DNA of 64,000 nt, taken from positions 15,846 through 79,845 of the forward strand of contig JBLMZM010000361.1 in assembly GCA_050258815.1 (NCBI GenBank). Reading direction: 5' to 3'. The stretch is from Ignavibacteriales bacterium. GTDB lineage: Bacteria > Bacteroidota > Ignavibacteria > Ignavibacteriales > SURF-24. Of the stretch, positions 45,221 to 55,757 are shown piece after piece. Position 1 is the first letter of the stretch, and every line of letters begins with the position of its first letter. The translations under genes were made by a program, and so were the position numbers. The notes beneath the pieces are model-generated. The model was given only the letters and a program-made list of their open reading frames with translations, was not told where the DNA came from and searched no databases.

Positions 45221-45859
45221 ATGATGAGGACAAAATTCCGCGAGCCTGTGAGCGGGCTTACACATCTGTTTGCAGCCCTGGCTGCATTGCCGGGCGGCGC
45301 GTACTTAATATTAAGCCGCAAGGCCGGCTTCACAGAAGAAATACCTCTTTTAATATACTCATTCAGCCTGGTTTTTATGCTCTCAGCCAGTGCTGCCTAT
45401 CACCTCATTAATATGGGACCAAACGTTACGCGTATATTGCGGAAAGTTGACCACTCGGCCATATTTATTCTGATTGCCGGAACATATACCCCCATCTGCA
45501 TGAATCTGTTCGGTGAATACTGGAAATGGAAACTGCTCGTTACGGTATGGGTAATTGCGGCTGCGGGCATTGTGCTGAAGATATTTTTTATTGGTGCCCC
45601 GCGCTGGATCTCAACTGCAGTATACCTGGCCATGAGCTGGCTGTCGGTGCTGGCGGGCAAAGAAATACTAAGTTCCTTCCCCACAGGCGCAATCATGTGG
45701 CTTTTCATCGGCGGATTCTTTTACACGGCGGGAGCCATAATCTATGCCACAAAGAAGCTGGACCTGAAGCCCGGTGTCTTCGGTTTTCATGAAGTTTGGC
45801 ACATATTCGTGATCCTCGGCTGCCTCAGCCACTTTATCCTCATTGCCTTGTATGCCTGA
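45221..45859 (+). CDS. Hemolysin III / PAQR-family membrane protein
   Basis: REPVSGLTH, SAAYH, RKVDHSAIFILIAGTYTP, FHEVWHIFV, H in the last TM. Confidence 0.92.
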   Translation: MMRTKFREPVSGLTHLFAALAALPGGAYLILSRKAGFTEEIPLLIYSFSLVFMLSASAAYHLINMGPNVTRILRKVDHSAIFILIAGTYTPICMNLFGEYWKWKLLVTVWVIAAAGIVLKIFFIGAPRWISTAVYLAMSWLSVLAGKEILSSFPTGAIMWLFIGGFFYTAGAIIYATKKLDLKPGVFGFHEVWHIFVILGCLSHFILIALYA

Positions 45860-46051
45860 AAGATGGATGGGGCTGGTGGACTCAGGGAAAATTATTTTCC
45901 ACGGGAAAATTGCCTTTTGTCAAATACCTGGTGTTTTAAGAATTTACAGGTGATATTTAATGAATTTCCTGCTATCTTATATAGATATATTCATTTGCTG
46001 ATAATAATATGCCGGGATTAATGCTGCTTACGGAAAAATGCGGGAAGGATA

Positions 46052-48829
46052 ATGAATACAAAACCACTTACAATGCTGGAAGAGAATGAGAAGGACGAAC
46101 CCTTAAAGAGGGACATACACGAGCTTGGTGAAATACTTGGCAGCATCTTAATTGAGCAGGAAGATAAAAGCCTCTTTGAAGCCGTTGAAACGCTGCGCTC
46201 ACTGACCAAAACTCTCAGAACAGAATACAGTGACGATATAAAAAATCAGATAGTCCGATTGATAGATACCTTTTCAGTTGAGAAGGCTTATAAGGTTGTA
46301 AGGGCTTTTTCTGTATACTTTATCCTAGTCAATGCTGCAGACGAGGTGCACCGTATAAGGCGCATGAGAGTTCACATGCTCCAGGATGACAGGCCGCGCA
46401 AAGGTTCCCTGGAAGAGGCACTTAATATACTTAAGAAGAAGGAGTTGCACCCGGCCTCAATACAGGAACTGCTGAACTCAATAGAAATCATACCGGTCTT
46501 TACCGCACATCCAACGGAAGCTGTCCGCCAGACTATCCTGAAAAAAATCCTGAGAATAAGCCAGTTACTCCTTCAGCGCGAGATAAGAACAAACACACGC
46601 TCTGAAATTGTTGATATGAAGGAACAGCTGAAAACTGAGATCACACTGCTATGGCAGAGTAATGAGATAAGATTCCATAAGGTTACTGTAAGAGATGAAA
46701 TTCAGCACGGCCTGTTTTTCTTTAAGAATATTTTGTATGACGTCATCGCCTCGTTTTATAAAAACCTTAATGAGAAACTGAAGACGGTTCTCGGCATGGA
46801 TTATCCTTCTCCGGCTTTGATAAGGTTCGGCTCCTGGATGGGAGGCGACAGGGACGGCCACCCGTATGTAACGGTGGACATCACAAAGCAGACTGTAACT
46901 GAGCACAAAAAAAATATACTCGAACTCTACCGCCAGGATCTTAACCAGCTGTATGACTCACTGAGCACCTCATTGAACCTGGTTTCAGCAAGTCCGGAAC
47001 TGCATTTATCAATTGAAAAGGATAATGCCCTGTTGAAAGAGACCCGGACGGATAGCATACTGCGCGACCCTTCGGAAATTTACCGCGGCAAACTTTTCCT
47101 CATCTCACGCAAGCTGCAGAATGCAGATGAGGGTCGGGAGGCCGGATATAAGAATGCGGATGAACTGCTGGAGGACCTTTATCTTATTTACAACAGTCTG
47201 AGCAGTAACAAGGGGCAGGTGATTGCTGATTCAAAAATATTGCCATTAATCTACAAGGTAAAAACATTCAGGTTTAATTTTATAGCCCTGGATATAAGGC
47301 AGAATGCGTCACTCATCAGACAGGCTATTGAGGATATCCTGAAATACTGCGGTATCAGTGAGGCTTTCCTTAAGCTGAGTGAAGAAGAAAGGGTTGCCAT
47401 ACTCACAGGTGAAATATTTAATCCCCGGCCCCTGGTAAACCAGTTCAGCCGCCTGAACGACACTACCCACCAGGTAATTGAGGAAATATCTGTCATAGCA
47501 TGGGCAAAGAAAAACATTTCGGAAGACGCGTGCAGCGATTACATAATAAGCAACTGTTCCTCGCAGAGCGACGTACTCTCAGCCCTGTTGCTTGCAAAAG
47601 AAGCGGGACTCGTAGGCTCTGACGGGCAGAAGATCACCTCATCAGAATTCGACATACTGCCCTTATTCGAAACGATCGGGGACCTGAGGAATTCCGGACA
47701 GGTAATGAATTCACTCTTCCATAATACTGCATACCGGGGCCACCTGGAATTGAGAAACCGTGTGCAGAAAATAATGATAGGATACTCCGACAGCAATAAA
47801 GACGGCGGAATAGTAACATCAAACTTCGAACTCTTCAGGGCTCAGAAAAATCTCACGGAACTCTGCAAAGATGAAAATATAGAACTCATACTCTTTCACG
47901 GCAGGGGAGGCAGTATCTCCAGGGGAGGAGGCCCTCTCAACCAGTCCATACTGGCCCAGCCTCCCGGCAGCATACAGGGCAAGATCAAGATTACCGAACA
48001 GGGAGAAATGATATCTTCAAAGTATCTCATCCCGAGCATTGCCAACAGGAGCCTGGAACTGATTACCTCGGCAGTGCTTCTGGCAGCAGCTAATTCACGT
48101 TTTAACAAGGATACTAATGGCTTCAGCAAGTATCACGAAATAATGGAAGCCGTTTCTGAAAAGGCGTTCGGATTCTACAGGGAGCTGATCACTCATCCTT
48201 ACTTCTATAATTATTTCAGGACGGTTACACCGATAGACATCATTGAGCAGATCGAGATCGGATCACGTCCCTCCTCAAGAAAAAAGGGGAAGGACATACG
48301 CCTTTTGAGAGCAATCCCCTGGGTGTTTTCATGGACGCAGAACCGTCAGTCCATAACCGGCTGGTACGGCTTCGGCTATTCTGTTACCAGGAGTATAGAG
48401 GAAAATATTGTAACGCCGGAGCTGTTAAGAAAGATGTATAACGAATGGGAATTTTTCAAGGCCCTGGTCAACAATATTGAAATGGTATTGCTGAAAACAG
48501 ACATGATAATTGGAAGGGAGTACCTCCTGTTATGTGAGAATGGGGTATGCGAGCAGGAAATATTCAGCATGATTGAGGAGGAGTATAAACGCACCCAGAG
48601 GCTGATTCTGGATATAACGGGAGAGGAAAACCTGCTGGATACTAACAAATCACTTCAAAGGTCGATCCTGCTAAGGAATCCCTATATTGATCCCATCAGT
48701 TTCATACAGGTAAGGTTCATAAAGGAATTCCGTACACAGAAACTCCCGCAGGCAGAAAAGTCCCAGATGCTTGCGCTCTTAAGGACCACTGTAAACGGTA
48801 TTGCAGCAGGAGTAAGAAACACCGGGTGA
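46052..48829 (+). CDS. ppc: Phosphoenolpyruvate carboxylase
   Basis: VFTAHPTE, GSWMGGDRDGHP, PLFETI.DL, MIGYSDSNKDGG, FHGRGGSISRGG, LRAIPWVFSWTQNR, C-terminal GIAAGVRNTG. Confidence 0.97.
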   Translation: MNTKPLTMLEENEKDEPLKRDIHELGEILGSILIEQEDKSLFEAVETLRSLTKTLRTEYSDDIKNQIVRLIDTFSVEKAYKVVRAFSVYFILVNAADEVHRIRRMRVHMLQDDRPRKGSLEEALNILKKKELHPASIQELLNSIEIIPVFTAHPTEAVRQTILKKILRISQLLLQREIRTNTRSEIVDMKEQLKTEITLLWQSNEIRFHKVTVRDEIQHGLFFFKNILYDVIASFYKNLNEKLKTVLGMDYPSPALIRFGSWMGGDRDGHPYVTVDITKQTVTEHKKNILELYRQDLNQLYDSLSTSLNLVSASPELHLSIEKDNALLKETRTDSILRDPSEIYRGKLFLISRKLQNADEGREAGYKNADELLEDLYLIYNSLSSNKGQVIADSKILPLIYKVKTFRFNFIALDIRQNASLIRQAIEDILKYCGISEAFLKLSEEERVAILTGEIFNPRPLVNQFSRLNDTTHQVIEEISVIAWAKKNISEDACSDYIISNCSSQSDVLSALLLAKEAGLVGSDGQKITSSEFDILPLFETIGDLRNSGQVMNSLFHNTAYRGHLELRNRVQKIMIGYSDSNKDGGIVTSNFELFRAQKNLTELCKDENIELILFHGRGGSISRGGGPLNQSILAQPPGSIQGKIKITEQGEMISSKYLIPSIANRSLELITSAVLLAAANSRFNKDTNGFSKYHEIMEAVSEKAFGFYRELITHPYFYNYFRTVTPIDIIEQIEIGSRPSSRKKGKDIRLLRAIPWVFSWTQNRQSITGWYGFGYSVTRSIEENIVTPELLRKMYNEWEFFKALVNNIEMVLLKTDMIIGREYLLLCENGVCEQEIFSMIEEEYKRTQRLILDITGEENLLDTNKSLQRSILLRNPYIDPISFIQVRFIKEFRTQKLPQAEKSQMLALLRTTVNGIAAGVRNTG

Positions 48830-48950
48830 AAAAATATCAGTATAATTTTTGTCCGCTAAGGACAGGAAGCTTCGCTCCACAAAATTTAACCACTGGCATG
48901 TTGATCTAATATGCATTAAATTGCACGTCAAAAATTGTGGAGTGTCCTGC

Positions 48951-50495
48951 ATGCAAACCATTAAAAGTCCAAGATTAAACCGTGTTTTTTTCAGTTCCAG
49001 TAAAATGGCAATTGGCCTTTTTATTTCGGTACTCATTTCCCTTACCGGATGTTCTTCATCAAAAGTAGCCGGTGATTCTGAAAAGAGGATTACAACTGTT
49101 GAGGAGCTGCGCGAAAAAATAGATGAGCGTTTCAGTGATCCCAACTTTGCACACGCCCACTGGGGTGTAATGATTCAGTCATTAAAGACGGGTGAGGTAT
49201 GGTATGAAAGGAATTCAGAGCGCATGTTCATGCCTGCCTCAAACAACAAGATCCTCTCGGCTTCATCTGCCCTGACGAAGCTGGGTCCCGATTTTACGTT
49301 TGAAACCGATCTGTGCTACAGCGGCAATATAACGGATTCGGTTCTGGACGGCAGTCTGGTAGTATTCGGAAACGGTGATCCAACGCTCTATTCCCATTTC
49401 CAGAAAGATCCGAGGGACTTGTTTCGCAGTTGGGCAAATGTGCTGAAGAGCAGGGGAATAAAACGCATTACAGGTAATGTTATTGGTGATGATAATGCAT
49501 TCGATGACAACACCCTGGGCGACGGCTGGTCGCTGGATGGCCTGGATGCCTGGTATTCGGCTGAAGTCGGTCCATTACAGTTAAATGAGAACTATGTGGA
49601 CCTGAAGATCATTCCTCCGGCTCTGAAGACAGGCGCAGTAGTAATTGAACCGAATCTGCCCAGCAGCTATTACACGATAACAAATAATGTTACGGTGAGC
49701 GATTCAGGCAGAAGCTACATTTCTGCCAGCAGGGCTTACGGATGCAATAATATAGTGATAAAAGGAAACGTAGTTGCAGGCAGCAGGCCGATCATTGAAT
49801 CGCCTACAATTACAAATCCAACTCTCTTTTATGTAACGGTGCTCAGAGAAGTCCTGCAGCAGGAAGGCATACAGGTAGATGGAAAGCCCATGGATTGCGA
49901 TGACATTCAGGGCTGGAAACATACTGCATCAGAATTTAACAGGCTTGATGCTCATTATTCTCCCCTGATGAAAGACGTGATAAAGGAAATGATGAAGCGC
50001 AGCCAGAATATGTATGCCGAAATTATGCCCCGCATACTCAGCTGGAAGTTTAATGGCCAGGGATCTTTCAGGCAGGGGAAAAAGATCGTGGAGGGTGTGC
50101 TTGAGCAGTTTGGAATTGCACCCGGAACATACGTGTATGCTGATGGTTCGGGACTCTCAAGGTACAACTATGTAAGTCCGGCCGAGCTGGTATCAATTCT
50201 AAAGGGCATGAGAAAGAGTCCTTACTGGAATGCCTGGTATGATGCTCAGCCAGTTGCCGGAGTTGACGGAACATTAAAAGGACGCATGAAGGGTACCAGA
50301 GCAGAGGGCAACGTGCACGCAAAGACTGGTACCATATCCAACGTACGCGGTCTTTCGGGTTATGTAACAACGGCCGATGGAGAAGAGGTCGTGTTTTCCT
50401 TCCTGGTCAACGGGCATCTGAGGTCCTCGCAGGAAACTGAAGACATTACAGACAGTGTGCTCAGGATAATTGCAGAATTTGACAGGACGAAATAA
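48951..50495 (+). CDS. dacB: D-Ala-D-Ala carboxypeptidase/endopeptidase (PBP4, peptidase S13), lipoprotein
   Basis: Lipobox LTGC; PASNNK (SxxK), SQN (SxN), DGSGLSRYN, AKTGT. Confidence 0.92.
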   Translation: MQTIKSPRLNRVFFSSSKMAIGLFISVLISLTGCSSSKVAGDSEKRITTVEELREKIDERFSDPNFAHAHWGVMIQSLKTGEVWYERNSERMFMPASNNKILSASSALTKLGPDFTFETDLCYSGNITDSVLDGSLVVFGNGDPTLYSHFQKDPRDLFRSWANVLKSRGIKRITGNVIGDDNAFDDNTLGDGWSLDGLDAWYSAEVGPLQLNENYVDLKIIPPALKTGAVVIEPNLPSSYYTITNNVTVSDSGRSYISASRAYGCNNIVIKGNVVAGSRPIIESPTITNPTLFYVTVLREVLQQEGIQVDGKPMDCDDIQGWKHTASEFNRLDAHYSPLMKDVIKEMMKRSQNMYAEIMPRILSWKFNGQGSFRQGKKIVEGVLEQFGIAPGTYVYADGSGLSRYNYVSPAELVSILKGMRKSPYWNAWYDAQPVAGVDGTLKGRMKGTRAEGNVHAKTGTISNVRGLSGYVTTADGEEVVFSFLVNGHLRSSQETEDITDSVLRIIAEFDRTK

Positions 50496-50519
50496 AAATC
50501 AAAGTAAATATAGAAATAA

Positions 50520-50556
50520 AAAAAGCACAGGAAAGATAATCTCTCCTGTGCTTTTT
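50520..50556. terminator. Bidirectional intrinsic terminator
   Basis: aaaaagcacagga...tcctgtgcttttt between convergent dacB and hppA. Confidence 0.85.
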
Positions 50557-50574
50557 AATTTGTATAAAGAAACC

Positions 50575-53181
50575 TCAGGAAACGTGTTCCTCTTCCATGG
50601 TCACTTCTTCAACCGAACTAATGGCTGCCTCTTCAAATCCGGCAGCTTCGGCAGAATCTCTCTTACTCTGCCATACGGCCCAGATAATGGAAGCAATAGC
50701 CAGAAGTGTTACTATCAGGCCTACGAATATGGCTCCCGGCGACTTGATGCGTGCACTGAACAGGTTATAATCCAGTACCATACCCAAAGTCAGCAGGCTC
50801 ACCATATTCATTACTTTTATAAGAGGGTTGATGGCTGGACCCGCGGTATCCTTCAGAGGATCACCCACTGTGTCACCCGTAACGGCAGCCTTATGAGCAT
50901 CGGAGCCCTTGCCGCCATAGATACCATCCTCTATCATTTTCTTTGCATTGTCCCAGGCACCGCCGGCATTGGACATAAATACTGCGAGCAGCTGTCCCAC
51001 CAATATCATACCGGCCAGAAAACCGCCGAGTGCGTATGGACCCAGCAGGAAGCCAACGAGTATCGGGGTCATTATAGCCAGGAATCCCGGGCCTATAAGT
51101 TCTTTCTGTGCAGTATTTGTGCAGATATTAACCACCCTGCCGTAATCCGGTTTCTTAGTGCCATCCCAGATATGCGGGTCGCGGAACTGGAGGCGGCATT
51201 CGTGTACGATATAGAAGGCTGCACGGCCAACGGCACGGATGAGCATGCTGCTGAAGAGGAATGGCACGGCACCGCCAATTAGGAACCCGATAAATACAAA
51301 AGGATTGGCTACTGTCAGTCTGCCAGCTTCAATCACATACTGTGCTATACTCATCTCATTGATCTTATCCTCGCTGCCCACGGCAATTACGGCAATAAAG
51401 CTGGAGAATAAGGAAACGGCTGCTATAACTGCAGAACCGATTGCAATACCCTTTGTTTCAGCTTTTGTAGTATTGCCAACGGCATCCAGGTCGGCAAGTA
51501 TCTGGCGGGCGCGTTTGTAGCTGCCCGGTTTCTGTTTTTCCATGTCCTTGGGTTCATAGCCCATTTCGCCGATACCATTTGCGTTGTCGGCTACTGGACC
51601 GAATACGTCCATGGAAATTGTATTACCAGTCAGTGTCAGCATACCAATGCCCGTCATGGCAACGCCATAAGCCACGAACAAAGGCGGTGTGCCTGCATAG
51701 CATAGAACTGAAAGCATAATAGCGGTTGCAATAACAATAATTGCGGCAACGGTGCTTTCGTAGCCAACGGCAAAGCCCTGGATGATGTTTGTAGCGTGGC
51801 CCGTCTGGCAGGCTTTTGCCAGGCTTTTAACGGGAGCGTGACCCGTGTGTGTGAAATAACTGGTGACCTTGTTGAGTGCAATAGCCAGGAACACGCCTAT
51901 AAGGCACGTCCAGGCGGGGCGCAGGTCAAGGCCAATGACACCGAAATTAGCAAACCAGGGCAGGTTGCGCGGGTCAACGGCCCAGTAGCCCAGTTTAGTC
52001 ATTTCGCTTAATTTATCTATTCCAAAATAATTTACGTCAAAGTGCAGGTATCCGAATCCGAGCAGGAAGAATCCGAGTACAGATATCATCGAACCGATCC
52101 AGAAGCCGCGGTGTACACTGTGAAGGGCCGTATCGGAAGTGTCGTTTGGACCAGCCTTTACGGTATAGGTACTTATAATTGATCCAAGTACGCCGATACC
52201 CCGTACGAGCAGCGGGAAAATCACGCCTTTGTGTCCGAAGCTTGCCAGACCGAGTATCATTGCCGCCACGATTGTAACTTCGTAGCTTTCAAAGATATCG
52301 GCTGCCATACCGGCGCAGTCGCCCACGTTATCACCCACGTTGTCGGCAATTGTTGCTGCGTTGCGGGGATCATCCTCGGGTATATCTTTCTCAATTTTAC
52401 CTACGAGGTCGGCGCCCACGTCGGCTGCCTTGGTATAGATACCGCCGCCCACGCGCATAAACAATGCCAGCAGTGTGCCGCCGAATCCAAATCCAAGAAG
52501 GGCCTCAGAAGCAACGTCTCCGAAAATAAGGAATATGACAGTTCCTCCCAGGAGTCCCAGGCCATCTGTCAGCATACCGGTTACAGTTCCCGTCCTGTAG
52601 CCCAGCTGCATTGCCTCGCCATAGCTTCTTGTAGCAGCGGCAGCAACCCTGAGGTTTCCGGCTGTTGCAAGGCGCATACCTACGAAGCCGACCATCCAGC
52701 TGAAAAGGGCACCCACGAGGAATGAACCCGAGCGTCCCCAGCGGAAGGCGTCAACGGCACCGCTATAGGTAAAAAATAATAATAGTGTAAGTATAACGAT
52801 AAGAGGACCGATGCGTTTAAACTGAGCTGCAAGGTATGCATTGGCACCTTCGCGCACGGCAGCAGCAATTTCCTGCATCTTTTTTGTGCCTGTGTCGGCC
52901 TTATAAACCTGTTTAACGAGTAAAAGAGCGTAAAGCAATCCTGCTACAGCAATTCCAAGAACCGTCAGCAAGCAGACGATTTCGAGTGTGCTGTATTTGG
53001 GATCGGAAAAGAGGGCAAAAGGAACAAAGCTTTTAACTTCTGAAGAAACGGTAGCTGTTGTTTGACTCTGGCTTATACCCGGCCGCCAGAATAAACCAAC
53101 TACAAACAGTAGTAAGAGGGCGAACAAATAGTTACGCCGGGCTGTACTTGAGCGCATGAATAAGTTTTTAATTCGAGTCAT
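50575..53181 (-). CDS. hppA: Membrane-bound ion-translocating pyrophosphatase, K+-independent signature, extended form
   Basis: GGGIYTKAADVGADLVGKIE, EDDPRN, DNVGDNVGD, FGPVADNANGI, DAVGNTTKAETKG, GGAWDNAKK, GDTVGDPLKDTAGP. The start is uncertain (53238/53181/53157). Confidence 0.95.
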   Translation of the reverse strand: MTRIKNLFMRSSTARRNYLFALLLLFVVGLFWRPGISQSQTTATVSSEVKSFVPFALFSDPKYSTLEIVCLLTVLGIAVAGLLYALLLVKQVYKADTGTKKMQEIAAAVREGANAYLAAQFKRIGPLIVILTLLLFFTYSGAVDAFRWGRSGSFLVGALFSWMVGFVGMRLATAGNLRVAAAATRSYGEAMQLGYRTGTVTGMLTDGLGLLGGTVIFLIFGDVASEALLGFGFGGTLLALFMRVGGGIYTKAADVGADLVGKIEKDIPEDDPRNAATIADNVGDNVGDCAGMAADIFESYEVTIVAAMILGLASFGHKGVIFPLLVRGIGVLGSIISTYTVKAGPNDTSDTALHSVHRGFWIGSMISVLGFFLLGFGYLHFDVNYFGIDKLSEMTKLGYWAVDPRNLPWFANFGVIGLDLRPAWTCLIGVFLAIALNKVTSYFTHTGHAPVKSLAKACQTGHATNIIQGFAVGYESTVAAIIVIATAIMLSVLCYAGTPPLFVAYGVAMTGIGMLTLTGNTISMDVFGPVADNANGIGEMGYEPKDMEKQKPGSYKRARQILADLDAVGNTTKAETKGIAIGSAVIAAVSLFSSFIAVIAVGSEDKINEMSIAQYVIEAGRLTVANPFVFIGFLIGGAVPFLFSSMLIRAVGRAAFYIVHECRLQFRDPHIWDGTKKPDYGRVVNICTNTAQKELIGPGFLAIMTPILVGFLLGPYALGGFLAGMILVGQLLAVFMSNAGGAWDNAKKMIEDGIYGGKGSDAHKAAVTGDTVGDPLKDTAGPAINPLIKVMNMVSLLTLGMVLDYNLFSARIKSPGAIFVGLIVTLLAIASIIWAVWQSKRDSAEAAGFEEAAISSVEEVTMEEEHVS

Positions 53182-53275
53182 TTTCACTTTTCCATATAAT
53201 TCGCGATTATGCAGAAAAACCGGGAGTGAAAAAATCACCCGCTGATTTTTTCTGATTTGTTAAACAATAAGTTAA

Positions 53276-54049
53276 TTAAGAGACCAAGCTTTCTGAAGCG
53301 GACCTCCACCATTTGGAATACTCAACTTCCAGTTCGCGTCTCTCAGGGAATGGGTAGCACTTAAAGCCTGACTGATCGCCCAGGAAAAAGCCCCTGCGAA
53401 TAGTCCTGAAAAATGAATGGATGTGAGGATTGCGTGAAACAGTTTTGGTTTGTTTTGTCCTGCTGTGCTTCAGTTCATTGATGCAGTCTATGATGTGCAT
53501 CGGATCCTCATATGGCAGGTTTCCGGCCAATCTCCCGTGTATATCCAGGTCCAGCAGCATGTCCGCAAAGAATATGCGGGGTACGCTGACCGGGTTGCAG
53601 GGATCGGTCATGAACTTTGTGAAAGCTTCCGGAGCTAAAGCAGATAACACTAATGGAGAAACCGGACAGAGTTCCTGATAAAGATTTGAGCTGGTTTCAG
53701 CATGACCCAGGTTATGAGGGGCTGAATCTATACTGATCACCCTGCCGTCAGCCGTTGTGAGATAAAGTTTGCCAAAGGCAGAGAGGTCGAGATGTTCCAT
53801 GACGCGGTAGACACTTATGTATTTACTGCGTTTAGGACTACCATCTTTGTGAGGTTTGCAGCGCTGCTGGATGTCTTCAAGATGGAAGTAGTCGCTGGTG
53901 AGATCCGGATCAATCTCGAAAAACAGAACGTTACCCCGTGTGTTTTTCTGGGTGCCGACAGCCATATACAAGCCAAAAGCCTCCGGTTCCAAATGAGATG
54001 CCAGTAGCGCCTCGAACCGGTAACAGAGCATGTAATAGTGAATCTTCAT
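53276..54049 (-). CDS. Conserved-looking hypothetical protein with an internal two-fold repeat
   Basis: SD AAGGAG; 257 aa, soluble; the two halves share motifs (see findings); directly upstream of hppA on the same strand. Confidence 0.8.
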   Translation of the reverse strand: MKIHYYMLCYRFEALLASHLEPEAFGLYMAVGTQKNTRGNVLFFEIDPDLTSDYFHLEDIQQRCKPHKDGSPKRSKYISVYRVMEHLDLSAFGKLYLTTADGRVISIDSAPHNLGHAETSSNLYQELCPVSPLVLSALAPEAFTKFMTDPCNPVSVPRIFFADMLLDLDIHGRLAGNLPYEDPMHIIDCINELKHSRTKQTKTVSRNPHIHSFFRTIRRGFFLGDQSGFKCYPFPERRELEVEYSKWWRSASESLVS

Positions 54050-54377
54050 TTCTAAACTCCTTGCTGAATACTCTTTCAGATTGCTGAAGAGCAGGACGGG
54101 ATGGAGATAGGGGGCGACTAGGGTGAGGTATTGGCACTTAGCTTGTCAGTACCGCAACGGAAGTGCTCGATATTACACATCTTATCCAATCCTCAGTACG
54201 GGAAGAACATTCAACCGATAAATTAGAAAATGTGTTTACTGCGGATATAAATGTATGACATTGAACGCTTAAAAGCAAATTGGTAAATATCGGGGAATAA
54301 GTCAAGTTTGGGGCAAAAACCGGGTCAAAAGAGCCTGATTCCGCAGGAATTCTGACCCGGAACTTAAAAAACAAATA

Positions 54378-55757
54378 CTAGTCTGCCATGGTTTCGGCTG
54401 CTATTTCCTCCTCTTCCAGGGAGGCTTTATCGAGATTTTTATTCCAGAGGTATTCTCTTGTCTCGGCAACTACAACGCCGCTAAGAGCGATGAGCGAGAT
54501 AAGGTTCGGTATTGCCATGAGAGCATTGGAAATATCTGCAAACGACCATACCACGGGAAGTGAGAGTACTGAGCCGAGCATCACTGCAAATACCCACATC
54601 CACCTGTAGGGTTTAATAATTTTGCTGCCGAAGAGGTATTCGGCTGCTTTTTCACCGTAGTACGACCAGCCGAGGATTGTAGAAAAAACAAATGTAAGGA
54701 GTCCGACAGTGAGCACTATGGGTCCGATTACCGGTATATCTGAAAAGGCTGAACTCGTGAGGGCACCGCCTTTTAGCCCTTTGGTCCAGTCGCCCGAATT
54801 AACAACCACCAGTCCTGTCATAGCGCAGACTACAACTGTATCCCAGAATGTGCCGGTTGAGGATACCAGGGCCTGGCGTGTGGGGTTTTTAGTCTGTGCC
54901 GCCGCTGCCACTATGGGAGCGCTGCCCAGGCCCGACTCATTTGAAAAGAGTCCCCTTGCAATACCAAAGCGTACTGCTTCCTTGAAGCCCGCACCCAGAA
55001 ACCCGCCTATCATTGCGTGTCCGGAAAAGGCGCTTCTTAAGATCAGCATAAAGGTATCGGGTACGGTAGCGTAGTTAATTGCAAGAATTATAATACAGCC
55101 GAGGACGTAAAAGATGGCCATAAAGGGCACCAGCTTCTCGCATACGCTGGCTATGGATTTGATGCCGCCAATGATTACAACGGCGGTAAGGATTGTCATC
55201 AGTATTCCGGAAATCCAGGCCGGAATGTGAAAGTTATCTGATACCATTGTGGAAATTGAATTAGCCTGTACCATGTTGCCTATTCCAAAGGCGGTAACGG
55301 CCGTAAGTGCCGCAAATGTTACTCCCAGCCATTTGCTCTTAAGTCCGCGTTCCAGTACATACATGGGGCCGCCAGCCATGAGTCCTTCTTTTGTTTTTAC
55401 CCTGTACTTAACCGACAGAAGGGCCTCTGAATATTTGGTTGCAATGCCGAAGACGCCCGTAAGCCACATCCAGAGCACGGCTCCGGGTCCGCCTGCAGCA
55501 ACAGCTGTTGCAACGCCCACGATATTGCCGGTTCCAATCGTAGCGGCCAGTGCGGTTGTAAGTGCACCAAACTGGCTGACGTCACCCTGACCTTCTTTGG
55601 AGCGCTGGAGTGATATTTTTATAGCCTTTCCCGTGTAGCGCTGAATAAAACGAAGTTTAATTGTGAGAAAAATGTGCGTGCCGAACAGCAGAATGAGCAT
55701 CGGGTAGCCCCATACCAGGTCGCTGATCTGGGCCAAAAGTTTTTCAAGTCCTTCCAT
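54378..55757 (-). CDS. Alanine/glycine:cation symporter (AGCS family)
   Basis: LAATIGTGNIVGVATA, GGPGAVLWMW, GGPMY, GIARGLFSNESGLGSAP, FSTILGWSYYGE, MAIPNL. Confidence 0.95.
   Translation of the reverse strand: MEGLEKLLAQISDLVWGYPMLILLFGTHIFLTIKLRFIQRYTGKAIKISLQRSKEGQGDVSQFGALTTALAATIGTGNIVGVATAVAAGGPGAVLWMWLTGVFGIATKYSEALLSVKYRVKTKEGLMAGGPMYVLERGLKSKWLGVTFAALTAVTAFGIGNMVQANSISTMVSDNFHIPAWISGILMTILTAVVIIGGIKSIASVCEKLVPFMAIFYVLGCIIILAINYATVPDTFMLILRSAFSGHAMIGGFLGAGFKEAVRFGIARGLFSNESGLGSAPIVAAAAQTKNPTRQALVSSTGTFWDTVVVCAMTGLVVVNSGDWTKGLKGGALTSSAFSDIPVIGPIVLTVGLLTFVFSTILGWSYYGEKAAEYLFGSKIIKPYRWMWVFAVMLGSVLSLPVVWSFADISNALMAIPNLISLIALSGVVVAETREYLWNKNLDKASLEEEEIAAETMAD

Noticed and set aside
50470-51282. 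270-aa plus-strand ORF
   Set aside because: Antisense to conserved hppA and crosses a bidirectional terminator.
54050-54377. Fluoride riboswitch upstream of the pyrophosphatase genes
   Set aside because: The GGCGATGG...CTGATG-type consensus was not found; kept only as a generic structured-leader finding.
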